Assembly: GCA_044892525.1 (NCBI GenBank)
Contig: CM097885.1
Location: 51,896,001-51,960,000, forward strand
Length of the DNA stretch: 64,000 nt
Origin: Schmidtea polychroa
Taxonomy: Eukaryota
Direction of reading: 5' to 3'
Shown here piece by piece: positions 1-11,324 of the stretch. The translations under genes and the position numbers were made by a program. How positions within the stretch are numbered: the first letter of the stretch is position 1; each line of letters starts with the position of its first letter. The notes under the pieces are model-generated. The model did not search any database. It had not been told where the DNA came from and saw nothing but the letters and a program-made list of their open reading frames with translations.

Positions 1-468
1 AATAAATCAGTAGTAATTGATGGTAAAAAATATTTTATTGGAAAACATGTAAAAGAACAAGTTAAAGATAGACTGAAGCGGACTTCGTCCAAAGAAGGTG
101 GTATTCTTCCCCTAATGGGTTTAATACCTGCAATCATTGCAGGTTTATCAGGTGCAGCTGGAATAGCTGGAGGAATTGCATCTACAGTTCAAAAAGCTAA
201 AGAATCTCAAAAGACAGACTTGGAAAAAGAAAAATTACAAACTGAAATCGATTCAATGAAAAAGAAGGGTAAGGGGCTATATCTCAATCCTTATAAAGGT
301 CGAGGTTTAAATGATTTTTTAAAAAATCAAATTTCTACATCTGAATCTTTATCTTCGAAAGATAAAGATGATTTTAAAAAAAAGTGTAAATCTTTAAAGA
401 ATGGATGCCTCTGTAAATTTAAAAATGGTAAAGGTTTATATTTAAAACCTTATAAAAATGGTATATGA
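1..468 (+). CDS. Adenovirus protein X-like core protein precursor (5' truncated by window edge)
   Basis: Frame is open from position 1. GGILPLMGLIPAIIAGLSGAAGIAGGIA resembles the adenovirus pX C-terminus (GGILPLLIPLIAAAIGAVPGIA). Repeated GKGLYL motifs resemble adenain cleavage sites. Confidence 0.7.
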   Translation, partial: NKSVVIDGKKYFIGKHVKEQVKDRLKRTSSKEGGILPLMGLIPAIIAGLSGAAGIAGGIASTVQKAKESQKTDLEKEKLQTEIDSMKKKGKGLYLNPYKGRGLNDFLKNQISTSESLSSKDKDDFKKKCKSLKNGCLCKFKNGKGLYLKPYKNGI

Positions 469-1291
469 AGAAAGATTAGCACTTTTAAAAAAATTACAAT
501 CAGAACAAGACACTTATAATAAAAAAGATACAACCCAACATAGTGAATCTATAACAGCAAATGAAGAAATGACGCAACAACAACAACCAACAATTAAAGC
601 TATACAAGGATTAGAATATAAAGCACTGGAAGATAAAGGTTTGAAGATCAAAGGTTCAAAGATCAAAGAATTGGAGTGGCATACCGAAAGAAATCAAGGA
701 AAACGTAGAAGAACCTCTAATGTGGAAGAAGAAGAAATGTTTTTAAAAACAAAACCTCTTAAAGTTGATCCTAAAATTAGAGAGGGTTTAAGTGATTCAA
801 TTAGGCCCACATTTAATACTAATGCTGAAGGATATCAAATAATAACAATTAATAAACAAAACTTTACTTTATATACAACTCCAGAAAATAAATCACATAT
901 TCATTCACAAAATGTTTATAATAATGAATATTTAGACTTTGAATTTACAGATGATTTTTATAGATTAATTTGTGGATATCCTTCAGATGATATTAAAGAA
1001 ATTGAAAAATTTTTAAATTTTATAAAATTAGTAGGTGGTAGTCCAAAAGCAAAACATATTCAAGATTTAAAGAATTATTTAAATAAAAATGAAAGGGGTT
1101 ATATTGTTAAAGAAGGTGAGGGGCTAGCCGAATCAAACCCAATCAATCTTTTTATTGAATTAAGAAAACTATTAGCAGCTAAAAAAGCAGGACATAATAA
1201 TTTAGATTCTAATATTTTAAAGATTTCTAAAGAATTATTAAAACAAGAAATAATTTCAAAAGATAAATTTAATAAATATACAAATGACTAG
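458..1291 (+). CDS. Conserved Polinton protein of unknown function (C-terminal LRKLLAAKKAGHNN motif)
   Basis: 277-aa ORF, homologous to 24610-25491. Confidence 0.75.
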   Translation: MVYEERLALLKKLQSEQDTYNKKDTTQHSESITANEEMTQQQQPTIKAIQGLEYKALEDKGLKIKGSKIKELEWHTERNQGKRRRTSNVEEEEMFLKTKPLKVDPKIREGLSDSIRPTFNTNAEGYQIITINKQNFTLYTTPENKSHIHSQNVYNNEYLDFEFTDDFYRLICGYPSDDIKEIEKFLNFIKLVGGSPKAKHIQDLKNYLNKNERGYIVKEGEGLAESNPINLFIELRKLLAAKKAGHNNLDSNILKISKELLKQEIISKDKFNKYTND

Positions 1292-1739
1292 TCCGAAGGT
1301 CGTTCCGAAGGCTTTCTCAATATTAGATTTTTTAAAAACATTTGGAATAAATACAAAAAGAAATTTTGATTTAAAAGATTATGCAGATTATTTAAATTTA
1401 AAAATTAAAATATTAATGAATGATGAATTGTCAAGTCTGAAAGGACTAAAGGATAATATAATAATCAATTATCAAAATTCAAATGAAAAAGGATCTCATT
1501 GGGTTTGTATATATAATAAATCTATATACTTTGATTCTTTTGGGATTAAACCCACTAAAGAAGTAGAAGACTATCTTGAAAAAGGCTACACCTTTAATTC
1601 TTTACAAGTTCAACCTAATAATACTAAAATATGTGGTATTACAAGTTTATATGTTTTGTATAGATTAAATACCTCAAAAGGGGCTGCTTTTGAATCTATA
1701 ATCCAAGAAATTTATAAAGATCTAAAACCTCTATTATAA
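1284..1739 (+). CDS. Adenain-family cysteine (maturation) protease
   Basis: GSHWVC (His), YFDSFG (Asp) and QVQP...CG (Gln/Cys) motifs. Confidence 0.92.
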   Translation: MTSPKVVPKAFSILDFLKTFGINTKRNFDLKDYADYLNLKIKILMNDELSSLKGLKDNIIINYQNSNEKGSHWVCIYNKSIYFDSFGIKPTKEVEDYLEKGYTFNSLQVQPNNTKICGITSLYVLYRLNTSKGAAFESIIQEIYKDLKPLL

Positions 1740-1773
1740 TCTTTAAAAAATGGAAGATAATTTTAAAAAAATG

Positions 1774-2040
1774 GTAAACATAATGTCAGATAAATATTCA
1801 AGAAGTTTATTAATAAATTCAAATGAATCAGATTTTACTATAAATTTTGAAGATTCAATAAATTTAGATCAAAATTTAAATTATGAATTAGGACTCTTGT
1901 GGTTTAGCTGCTTTAATACTATTTTTAATATAAATATTAATAATAATAAATTTCTTATAATTAAGAGGTATATTAACCCCAAGACAATGATAAATACTGA
2001 AGAATACAACACTATAACAATTGATAGATGCCCAACTTAA
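1774..2040 (+). pseudogene. Truncated penton/minor capsid protein (N-terminal third only)
   Basis: Matches the N-terminus of 26065-26790 up to about ITI, then jumps into fibre-gene sequence (internal deletion). Confidence 0.8.
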
Positions 2041-3262
2041 ATCGAGTAATATTAATAATATCGAACAACGATTAAATGAAGAAACTCAAAGGTTAACTGA
2101 TACAATATCAATTTTAAAAAATAAAAGACTTATGCATAAACAACTTATGGATAATAAAATTAATACAATATATAATATAATAAATGAGATGATTACATCA
2201 TTTAATGCAAGACTTGTTAAATTAGAGTCTCATACAACACACATTAACACAACACACACTATTAGAAAAAGAGCTGCTGAATTAGAACAGAATAATACAT
2301 TATTACCCAATAGATATAAACATTTTATAGAACCAACTTTAATAACAACAAATAGTAAAGAATGGTCTTGTTTTATGGTTGTAAAGATTATTGATCCTTA
2401 TTTCTTTTTATTTAATGATGATGGTGAAACAATGAAATGGTTTGTAAAATGTGATTATAATAGTAAGTTTGAAAAGGATGAAGTTATAATAACTGGTTAT
2501 GATTTACCACATGGATATTGGCATGATAAAACTGATTCACATAAAATACATAAAGTTAAAAGTAAGAATATTATTTTTAAAAGCACACTTGTAAGTTATA
2601 TAGATTTAATATTTTATGAAAAAAAGGTTGAGGTTGATGAAGTTCGTAAAGCGTTGATAGAATTGTATAAAGACATTCTCTCAAAAAGAGCTTCTTATGA
2701 TATTCGAGTGTTGGTTATGGAACAAAGATATCCAAAGATTCCATCAGCTCCTACAGAACTTGAAGTCATGAGAGTGAAAGAATTTAAATCAGAAACTTTA
2801 CATTTACAAGACTTACTGAAGCATTATAAAAAAATTAAAAAAAGATGGAATAAAGGGAATACAGCTTTAAAGATTATAGGTTACTCCTTAGGATTTACAT
2901 CTGTAATACTTACAATTGTTTTAACTATAACTTTACCAGTTGTTACTCTTGCACCTGTAATACTTGGAAGTATTTCTGTTGCAGATTCTTTCTTGACTGA
3001 AATACTTTCTTTATCTTATACTTCAAAAAAGAAAAGTTTATATCGTGAAGTTTGTCTGACAATCGACTTGGGGATATCAAAATTATTTTTATTTCAATTA
3101 AAAGCCTTGGAAGATGGAATCCTAACAGATGAAGAAATAATGAAATCAAATCAAATAATAAGGGATATTAAAAATGAAGTTATAAAGTTGAAAACTTCAA
3201 GTGCCAAGAATGAATATTCTAAAAAAATACAACGAGAGAAATGGTTAAAGACTTCGTCGTAA
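2021..3262 (+). CDS. Fused ORF: C-terminal part of fibre-like protein plus GasderminX-like membrane protein
   Basis: N-part is homologous to 27090-27824. C-part (from MEQRYPKIPSAP) is homologous to 27833-28429. No ATG start; created by the upstream deletion. Confidence 0.7.
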   Translation: MIDAQLKSSNINNIEQRLNEETQRLTDTISILKNKRLMHKQLMDNKINTIYNIINEMITSFNARLVKLESHTTHINTTHTIRKRAAELEQNNTLLPNRYKHFIEPTLITTNSKEWSCFMVVKIIDPYFFLFNDDGETMKWFVKCDYNSKFEKDEVIITGYDLPHGYWHDKTDSHKIHKVKSKNIIFKSTLVSYIDLIFYEKKVEVDEVRKALIELYKDILSKRASYDIRVLVMEQRYPKIPSAPTELEVMRVKEFKSETLHLQDLLKHYKKIKKRWNKGNTALKIIGYSLGFTSVILTIVLTITLPVVTLAPVILGSISVADSFLTEILSLSYTSKKKSLYREVCLTIDLGISKLFLFQLKALEDGILTDEEIMKSNQIIRDIKNEVIKLKTSSAKNEYSKKIQREKWLKTSS

Positions 3263-3287
3263 AGACTATATAATTTTTAATTTAAAA

Positions 3288-3515
3288 ATGGAAGAAATAA
3301 TGAAATCTAGGTTGAATGAGTTTAGAAGTTTATCATTAGAGGATAAAATTAGAATAGGTGAAAAGTGTTACATCTTTTATCTTGTAGGGAATAATGACTG
3401 TGATTATTTAAATAAAATAACTAAATTTCAATCTTTATCTCCACGAGACCAAATAATAAGAGGAGAATATTATTTTGCTTTATTCCCCCAACTGATTAAG
3501 AAATTAAACATATAA
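3288..3515 (+). CDS. Small accessory protein with internal duplication
   Basis: AAAATG start, tightly packed with neighbours. FRSLSLEDKIRIGEKCY / FQSLSPRDQIIRGEYY internal repeat. Confidence 0.55.
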   Translation: MEEIMKSRLNEFRSLSLEDKIRIGEKCYIFYLVGNNDCDYLNKITKFQSLSPRDQIIRGEYYFALFPQLIKKLNI

Positions 3516-3517
3516 AA

Positions 3518-3949
3518 ATGGATGTCTTTATAAAAAAAATTGAACAGCTTTCAATAATTGATCCTTTAATATTAAATAAGATTCAACAAAAAGAGAAGGC
3601 TTTTGAATTTGCTAGAATAAAGAGTGAAAACCCTACTTTTTCTCAGACTCAAATTTGTAAAATGATTGGTACTTCAGATTCTACAATGAGAAGAATTAGA
3701 AAAGATTTAGGAATTGATTCTCCTTATAGGCATACAACTAAAAAGAAGAGGGTTATAGAGAAAAAGGGTGTTTATTGTAATGATTGTTCAACTAATGTAC
3801 TTCAACAAAATCATAAATGCATCAAGTCTAAGAAATATAAAAGAAAAGATCCTTTGGCCTCAGGACCTTTACCTGAAGTCTCTACGACTGAAGATGTTGA
3901 AGATATTTTAGATGCAACCAGTATCATATTTAAAAGCTTTAATAAATGA
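3518..3949 (+). CDS. Putative helix-turn-helix DNA-binding protein with Cys/His cluster
   Basis: PTFSQTQICKMIGTSDSTMRRIRKDLG fits an HTH pattern; CNDC...HKC downstream. Confidence 0.65.
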   Translation: MDVFIKKIEQLSIIDPLILNKIQQKEKAFEFARIKSENPTFSQTQICKMIGTSDSTMRRIRKDLGIDSPYRHTTKKKRVIEKKGVYCNDCSTNVLQQNHKCIKSKKYKRKDPLASGPLPEVSTTEDVEDILDATSIIFKSFNK

Positions 3950-4239
3950 ATGAACGTGTTTTAAACTTGATAAAAAGTAATCCTATTATTAAAAAGGAAT
4001 CAAGTCTTGCATTAAAAGAATATAATGAGAAATCTTCAGAGGATAAAGCCTTGCTCGCTGTGCAACTTGTCATTCGAGAGCCTGTATTACTTTGGATTAT
4101 AAATGATATCGAGATTGAAAGAGATTGTCTAAAACAACAGTTGATGAAAATATCTAAAGAGATTAAAGCCAGAAAGACTTTAGCCAAGGCAGAGCAAGAG
4201 AATGTAAAAATGCAAGTACAAAAGATGCTAAAACTATAA
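3946..4239 (+). CDS. Small coiled-coil accessory protein
   Basis: ATGA overlap with the upstream stop codon; helical K/E/L-rich sequence. Confidence 0.55.
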   Translation: MNERVLNLIKSNPIIKKESSLALKEYNEKSSEDKALLAVQLVIREPVLLWIINDIEIERDCLKQQLMKISKEIKARKTLAKAEQENVKMQVQKMLKL

Positions 4240-4498
4240 AAGAAAAAATTTTTATTATTGAAACAGATGGTTTATTATTCAAAGCTTTAATAATATCATT
4301 CAAAAATGTTTTGGATAAAAGTATTTTGCCATCTGTTAAAGATTTTAAGTTTTCAAATATTTCAGCCATTTTTAAGATTCCAGAATGACTTTCAGAGACT
4401 CCTTCATGGATGACTGAAGATGATATGGTTTTAACGTCTAAGATATAATTATTTAGGTTTATAGGATTTTGTTCTACATCTAATTCCAAATAGTCATT

Positions 4499-7400
4499 TC
4501 AGCTTTCAGGGTAAAGTATTCGAAGTTGATAAAGTTGAAAATCTGAAATCTGATTCTTTAAATTTTTTATATGTGGAATCATATCATTTCCAATTGGAAG
4601 TGTCTTTTTTAAATCTGATAAAATATACCTCTTATCATCATAATTTGATAATGATATTTTATTTGATTCTTCTAAATACATGTTATGCTTTTCAGATTTA
4701 AGTTGATGAACTTGAACTATTTTATCTGGTTGATTTTTATTTAGAATATCCTTATAGTCTTGATGGGGTATAGTTCTAGAAACTGATTTCTGTATACCTT
4801 TATTTTTATTATCTTTAGATGTTTTAAGTTTTGTAGGTATTAATACTGGTATCGAAAATGTTTGATCCATGATTTTAATTGAATGGGTTTCAGTCTTTGG
4901 GGCTTCAATCATTTCTAGTGAATATTGTTTGGCTCTAATAAATACAGCATCAGTTATTGGAGTATTTGGTTTTTCATCTTTAAAGGTGAATAATTCTCCA
5001 GATGAATTTACTAAATTCCTTAGGATTTCATTTTCAGATATTTCCTCTTTTAGGTTTTTAGTATATATTTTTAAAAACATACTATCTGTATCCATTGCAT
5101 GCATTGATATTCTATTTTTAAAATGTGGTAGTAGAATATCATAATAGGTTTCATACATTTGAAGTTTTGATAATTCTAAAATGGTAAACCCTATAAAGAT
5201 TGGTTCGTTATAAGTCTTTTCACTATTTTTTAGTTCAACGGCTACAAGGTTCTCGGAGAATACTTCTGCATTTTTAAATGTAGGTTTTGAAAGCATTCGA
5301 TTGTATCTGTTAAAGTCTTTGGGAGTATTTGTCAATAATTCTACACGAGTATATTTGTCAACATTTTCCATTGTCTTTCCAAAGACTGAATTATTTAAAA
5401 GTTTATAAATCATATCGAGGAAAGCGTTTCCATTTCTTTTTGCTTCATTCCTAGATTTAATATTTCCCTCTATAAAGGTTTTCATGAATGGAAGTTGTCT
5501 AAACTTTATTATAGAATGTATATTTTTTATTTTCATTCCATGAGAAAGATAAAATTGTAACAGTCGATAATGACAAAGATACCAAGTTTTATCAGTTTGA
5601 TCACATAAAAGTTTTACGGTTGTAGATCTATTTTGTTGGGATGATAATTCATTAGAATTTACTTTTCTTTTCACTGGCGCAAATGGAAAGTATCTAGTTA
5701 CATATTTTATATCATTAGGATATTCTAAATCACATTCTATTATATATCCCACTTCTGAATCTTTTTCAGTTGATAATATTTCATTCATAAGTTTTCTTAG
5801 GAGATCCTTTTCCTTGGGGATATCCACCTGAATGAACTTATCAATTGGAAGGTATTGAGTCATTATTTCTGAATATAAAGCTGTTGCATCTATATACATA
5901 ATCTCTGATGGATTATTTAGACCCTCCATTATTAAATTTAAATCCTCATCGGTTTTTATTTCTATAGCATTTGCTTCAGGATCTTCACTAAAGAATTTCT
6001 TGTATAGAGATATAAAGTTGTTTGCAGTTATATTTCTATCTCTCATCACGGAACTAACACCTCCACGAATATTTTCTTTAAGTACATTAAACATGTCGAT
6101 TTCAGTTAATAGTTCTATAGATGTAGTCTCTGAAGAGGTCCACATTGTATATAATAATATATCCCAAGCTAAAGATGGAGATGTTATATAATTATAAGGT
6201 TTAAGAGTAAAGGCTTTTGTGAATCCCTCGAAACAATCTGCAAGGATATAAACATCAAGGGATAAATACATGTCAGTATAATCCCCAATGTTTTTACATT
6301 TGAAAAGTTCCCACATTTTATTCCCTCGGGCATATTCTTGATCACTTATATCCGTTTGATTTAATATTGAAAAGAATTCCTCTTTCTCTGGTAAATAGGT
6401 TTCATTATATCTATCAAATGAGTTGATGTAATCATAAGGATAGATTCCTTTTGCCAAACAGGTTTTATATTCCTCCTGGGGAATATTATTTTTTACTAAT
6501 ACTTTTTCAATTGTATGCTTAAAGTCTTCAGGTTTCATAGTTTTTGCTATTCCATCCAAGGACATTGATAGAAAGTTTAATGAATCTATAAACTTTAGTC
6601 GTCCATATTGAACACATTTATATTTTTCTTTTGTTAGTCCTATAACCTTGAAAGAGTTTTTAGCATTTACAGCTAAATGCTTTATAAATAGATGTATGTC
6701 ATATCCAAAAAGATTATGAAATATGACTGGTATAAATGCAGGTTTTTTACAATTTATATTACAGTTGTTATGGGCTGCTCCTCTATAATTATTTTTTTTT
6801 AAAGTGGTCATGATCAGGATTTTCATGTCCTCAGGATTCTCAAAGAGTTGATTCTCAAATGGCTGTTTACACATCCAGCAAGTTGTTGTGTTTTTATATT
6901 CTTCCCATTGTTGGTCTGAAAAATTTATTGGGTATTTTATTTTTAAGGTTTTAAAGATTTTATGTTCTAAATCATTTATGTCTTTAGTAAAATGATTTAG
7001 AGTTTCTTCTTCTGAGGATCCTCTATATGAAAATTCTTCTGATTTAATGAGGTTGGGGTAATTACTTTTAAAAAATAATTTATATGTTGAAGCCACCTGT
7101 TTTGTCAGTTTTACTGTATAGGATTTATTATTTAATTTTAAAAAGTTTTTCATTGAGGTTCCTTCAGTCGTTTGGTTCCAAGAGTCTAATAGATTATTTT
7201 TTTCTATTATTTTTAAATATTCTTGGTCCAAATCCTGTTTTATGTTAATTGCCTCAAAGTCTCCATATATTACTCCTAGTGTTTCTAATAGGTTTGAAAA
7301 GTTTTTAAAATGCATGTTAGATTTTTCCTTGCTCGGCATTTTAATTAATGCTGGCAAGTTCTTACAACATAATCTTTCATGTTTAAATGCTGCAATGTCT

Positions 7401-8740
7401 GAAGCTGAATAATATAAACACCGTTTACATGTTGTTCCACCACTGTGGTGATTTTTCGATCTCATAAAGCTTTGAAAGTTTTTTATTAGAATATAATGTT
7501 GTTTCCCCTCATCTTCTTCTTCAAGGTCTTCTTCTTGATCGTCTTCAATATTTAAATATTGTTCTTCCTCATCCAGATCATCATATTCCTTAAAGGTTTG
7601 TTCTCTTTTATGTTCTTGTAATATTAAAAGATATATTTCTCTATTTCTATCTTGTTCTGATAATTCTCTATTTGAAACATGTATAGGAATAATATGTTTC
7701 CTATCACCCACCTGGCAAATGTATTCATAAATGTTAAGTTTAATATTATTTAATTTTTCAAAAATTGGAATGTATTCAATCTTCATCGGGTGTTTAAATC
7801 CTTTTGGATATATTAATTCATTTTCATATTGCTTATATTTTGCAGGTCTTTCTTTATGATTTTCTTGAGGATGTAAGTGTGCAAGGATTGATCATTGGAA
7901 ACATTTATTATCCTTATTTTGAACATTTATAATATGAATAGAAGTAAAGGGTGTAGGGATATATGATTTAGGATTTGGAGGTGCCCCTCTCCAATATTCA
8001 ATTTCAAGTGATTGAAATGAAAGGAATTTTAGATTTGAGTCTCCTAATTCTTGTTCAACCACTCTATGCTCATCTCCAACTTTATGAATAATCTCTTTAA
8101 TTGTTTTGTTAAATCCTTTGGTTGAGAATAAATAATTATAAGATGTTTCAATTATAGCATCCAAGGGTGTTGTGTTTACATCTTCTCCCCTCCAATATCT
8201 TGAATGGATTCTAATTTTATATTTAATAATATTAAATCTTGATTTACCAAATTTTTTTATAGCATCTTCCATTGATTTTTTTATGTTTTTTTTATTTTTA
8301 TTTATATACTCTAAAGATGAAGAGGATATAAATGTTTGTTCAAATTTATCTACATGGTTAAAGTTATCCCAGTTATATTTTTCTTTTTCAATCTCTTCTT
8401 CTTCATATTCTTCTTCTCTAACTTTTATATCTTCTTCAGAGTCTTCAGGATCTCTTTTAACAATAGCACATTCTTTTAAATGTTTTAAATAATAAGATTC
8501 TGTGGTGAATTTTGATCTACATATAGGACATTCAAATTTTTTTCTATTTCTTTTAATCCCAATACAGTTTTTAAAATGTTTATCATATCCTAAAAGTAAA
8601 TATCTTTGTTTACATTTAAGACAAAGTTTTGAGTTTGAATCATTTAGTCCAAGCGTCTTTAATAAATGCTCTTTAGATTTTTGGTGTGATATTAATGCTG
8701 TTCTATTTTTAAAATTTTTATTGCATATACCACAATTCAT
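4499..8740 (-). pseudogene. Protein-primed family B DNA polymerase (pPolB) with N-terminal zinc fingers; one in-frame nonsense codon
   Basis: ORFs 7892-8740 and 4499-7786 are in the same frame, separated by TGA at the conserved Trp (KCFQ*SILAHLH vs KCFIWSILAHLH in element C). Motifs YGDFE, FHNLFGYD, YIDATALYS, KLLNNSVFGK, MDTDS. Confidence 0.92.
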
Positions 8741-8821
8741 TTTTAAAAAAAATTTTTTTATTGGGTATACAAACTGCGCAGCTTGCTAGTTTTTAAGATT
8801 TAAAATTTTTATATTTTGTAT

Positions 8822-9032
8822 AGTAGTGGATGTATGGCCTTCACGGCGTAAACCTGGTATCCTCGGTTCCTGCCAGGGGGATTAGGGATTTTGGCTTGGT
8901 GAATTAGGGGTTTTTATGAATAAAAGATGTAAAAATAAAGGGTTAAAAACATGAAAATGTTTAATTATTAGTAGTTTTTAAGCTGGACGGCTAGGGGTGG
9001 GGTGGTGCCGTGAAGGCCATACATCCACTACT
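8822..9032. repeat. 211-bp segment bounded by perfect 26-bp inverted repeats starting AGTAGT (probable right terminus of element A)
   Basis: AGTAGTGGATGTATGGCCTTCACGGC at 8822-8847; exact reverse complement at 9007-9032. Confidence 0.9.
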
Positions 9033-9615
9033 CTCCAGTGTGTATCAAGATTTTTATAAATGGTGATGCAATTAAATCTTTCAACATGAGCGGCTTTGAA
9101 TTGATAATGCACAGAGTAATGATTGATTTTGAGTTTATCCAGGATTTGTTTCACTTTACTTTTGTAAAATTCCTTTCCTAAAGAAAAATAATGAATTTGA
9201 TAGTACAAATATATTACCCAAATCTGTTTGTAAGTTGTTTGGATATCCATCTCTAAACATGAGTTTAATTAATATTTTAATATTTTAATATTTCATCTGC
9301 AGACTTTGCCTTAGTAGGAATTTGTCGAGCAAAACGGCTGAAAACACCAATGCATGTCAAAATATACCTATATCCTTTATTAATCTTTGAATATGGTATC
9401 ATTTCCATCAAATCCATTTGCCATAAATTATCAATACCAAATGTTTTATATGGTCATGTTTGAAATCTTTTCAGCATCGGCTTGTTCAAACTGTATGCGA
9501 GCTCACTTGATAACCAATTCTGGGTTTCCATCTTCGAATTCAGAACTCTTTTCTTTAACTTTTCGACTCCACCAAAAGCTGCTTCGTCTTTTGGGTTCGT
9601 CCATATCTTCTCCAT
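9033..9615 (-). pseudogene. Polinton rve integrase remnant
   Basis: MEKIWTNPKDEAAFGGVEKL...WLSSELAYSLNKP N-terminus; KGYRYILTCIGVFSRF; GKEFY...HVERFN. Confidence 0.85.
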
Positions 9616-9676
9616 TACAGCATGAAGATTTGAAATTAAATTTGAAATTAGGTAATGAAGGATTAGCACCCATTGT

Positions 9677-9970
9677 TTATGATGATTTTAATAGACCTGC
9701 TCCGCTTAATAATGATAATGACAATGGTATTAATGCTGCAATAAACCCTTTTTATTGTTTATATATAATTTTTCTCATTTGTTTGCGATTTTTATTATTT
9801 ACTAGCGTCAAAAGAAGTTTCTGGTACTTTATTAAAATAATTTTGTCAGATTCGCTAATTATAGAATTGCCTTTGACTACTTTGAGTATAATATCTAGTA
9901 AATCATCGACAACAAAATTTGGAAATGAGTGCAAAATAGCCATTCTATTCATACTCAGTGCCTTTAACAA
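9677..9970 (-). pseudogene. Polinton basic core-protein-like ORF remnant
   Basis: ILHSFPNFVVDDLLDIILKVVKGN...RKIIYKQ*KGFIAALIPLSLSLLSG, with a premature TAA at 9752-9754. Confidence 0.55.
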
Positions 9971-10249
9971 TGCATTAAAAAACGGAAAACTACGATGATT
10001 TTTTACTGTTTTTATTGTTTAAGCTTTTTGATTGGTTTAGGTTTTGGATTTTTTGAGATGAGATTCATTGATAGAAAATTTTCTGTAACAAGTATTTTAG
10101 AAGGTGTATAACTCGTTTTTGGTGGAACTTTAATTTTTTCTTTTTCAGTACTTTTTCCAAAATTTTTAACTCTCGCTCTCAAAAACATGATCAGTTAATC
10201 ATGGTTTCAACTTTGTTTATAAACCATTGAACCTTCTTTATTGAAAAAA

Positions 10250-10792
10250 ACGGTTCTCACTCTGTTGTGTGAAATCAGGAAATATATATCCATGAGGTTG
10301 TTTTGTAGCATCTTGAAATGCATTTATCAGAAAATTACGATTATTTGGATATGCCTGTCTTGCAAGAAAATCAATAACTGTTGCATCTCTAGGGTTTTTA
10401 AAAACGACCAAATATTGAACATTTAAATTACGAGTTCTATGTGCACCGCAATTGATGAGTTATAAAAATAACCGTTACACCCACGAGTCTATTGATTTTG
10501 GTAAATAAATTACTGAAATTCTTTTCTTTATTAGCTTCTTGATACAAATCATCAATAATTATGACATCTCCCTTCTTTAGTCTACTGTACCACTTTTTAT
10601 CAAATTTCTTTACTATTTTCATATTTTTTAATTAACAGAAATTATCGTGAGTCAATCCGTGTTCTTCATCGGCACCTCTTTGTCAATAAATTTTGTTAAA
10701 TTTTGATTTGAATAAATGTGATTTTAGTAATTTGCAAACAAACAAAGTTTTTCCACTACCACTTGGTCCGACTATATGATAAACAACATCAT
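10250..10792 (-). pseudogene. A32/FtsK-like packaging ATPase remnant
   Basis: Walker A GPSGSGKT near 10750-10772; Walker B VIIIDDL; LFTKINRLVGVTVIFITHQ. Confidence 0.8.
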
Positions 10793-10858
10793 TTTAATAT
10801 GTATTTTTAAAAATTGATATTGTTTATATCGTAAAGGATAGAATATTTTAATTATACT

Positions 10859-10864
<6 letters not shown>

Positions 10865-10939
<75 letters not shown>
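10865..10939. repeat. (TA)n microsatellite
   Basis: Read directly from sequence. Confidence 0.98.
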
Positions 10940-10940
<1 letters not shown>

Positions 10941-11324
10941 TCGATTTTTATAAATATTCATTAGATATGTTGACAAATATTAATTATACGGGTCGTGTGT
11001 CTTTGGAAACTGTTGGTATGACAAATTTCCTCAAGTGTAAACCACAACAATATGTTGACAAAACTGGAAAATATACTATTATATTTTTCAAAAATGGTGA
11101 ATGTCGTATAATGGGTTGTAATGGGTTGTATATATATATATACTCGATTTTTATAAATATTCATTAGATATGTTGACAAATATTAATTATACGGGTCGTG
11201 TGTCTTTGGAAACTGTTGGTATGACAAATTTCCTCAAGTGTAAACCACAACAATATGTTGACAAAACTGGAAAATATACTATTATATTTTTCAAAAATGG
11301 TGAATGTCGTATAATGGGTTGTAA
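10940..11324 (+). repeat. Tandem duplication with 203-bp period
   Basis: 10940-11121 is repeated at 11143-11324; ATGs at 10967 and 11170. Confidence 0.95.

Larger units (their letters stand above)
1..9032. mobile_element. Polinton/Maverick (adintovirus-like) element A, right part; left end outside window; partly decayed
   Basis: Same gene order as element C (pX-like, conserved ORF, adenain, penton, fibre, GasderminX-like, convergent pPolB). Ends in ...CCACTACT at 9032, the reverse complement of the Polinton AGTAGT terminus. Confidence 0.88.
9033..10792 (-). mobile_element. Degenerate Polinton element B (different lineage): ATPase, core-protein-like ORF and integrase remnants
   Basis: Fragments GPSGSGKTLF and VIIIDDL (ATPase); KGFIAALIPL (core protein); PKDEAAFGGVEKL...AYSLNKP and KEF...KAAHVERFN (integrase). 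Multiple stops and frameshifts. Confidence 0.8.

Noticed and set aside
7892..7894. Alternative genetic code (TGA=Trp) explaining the in-frame stop in pPolB
   Set aside because: Other Trp codons are TGG, TGA terminates several intact genes (MCP, penton, pPolB), and element A has other lesions; a TGG-to-TGA mutation is simpler.
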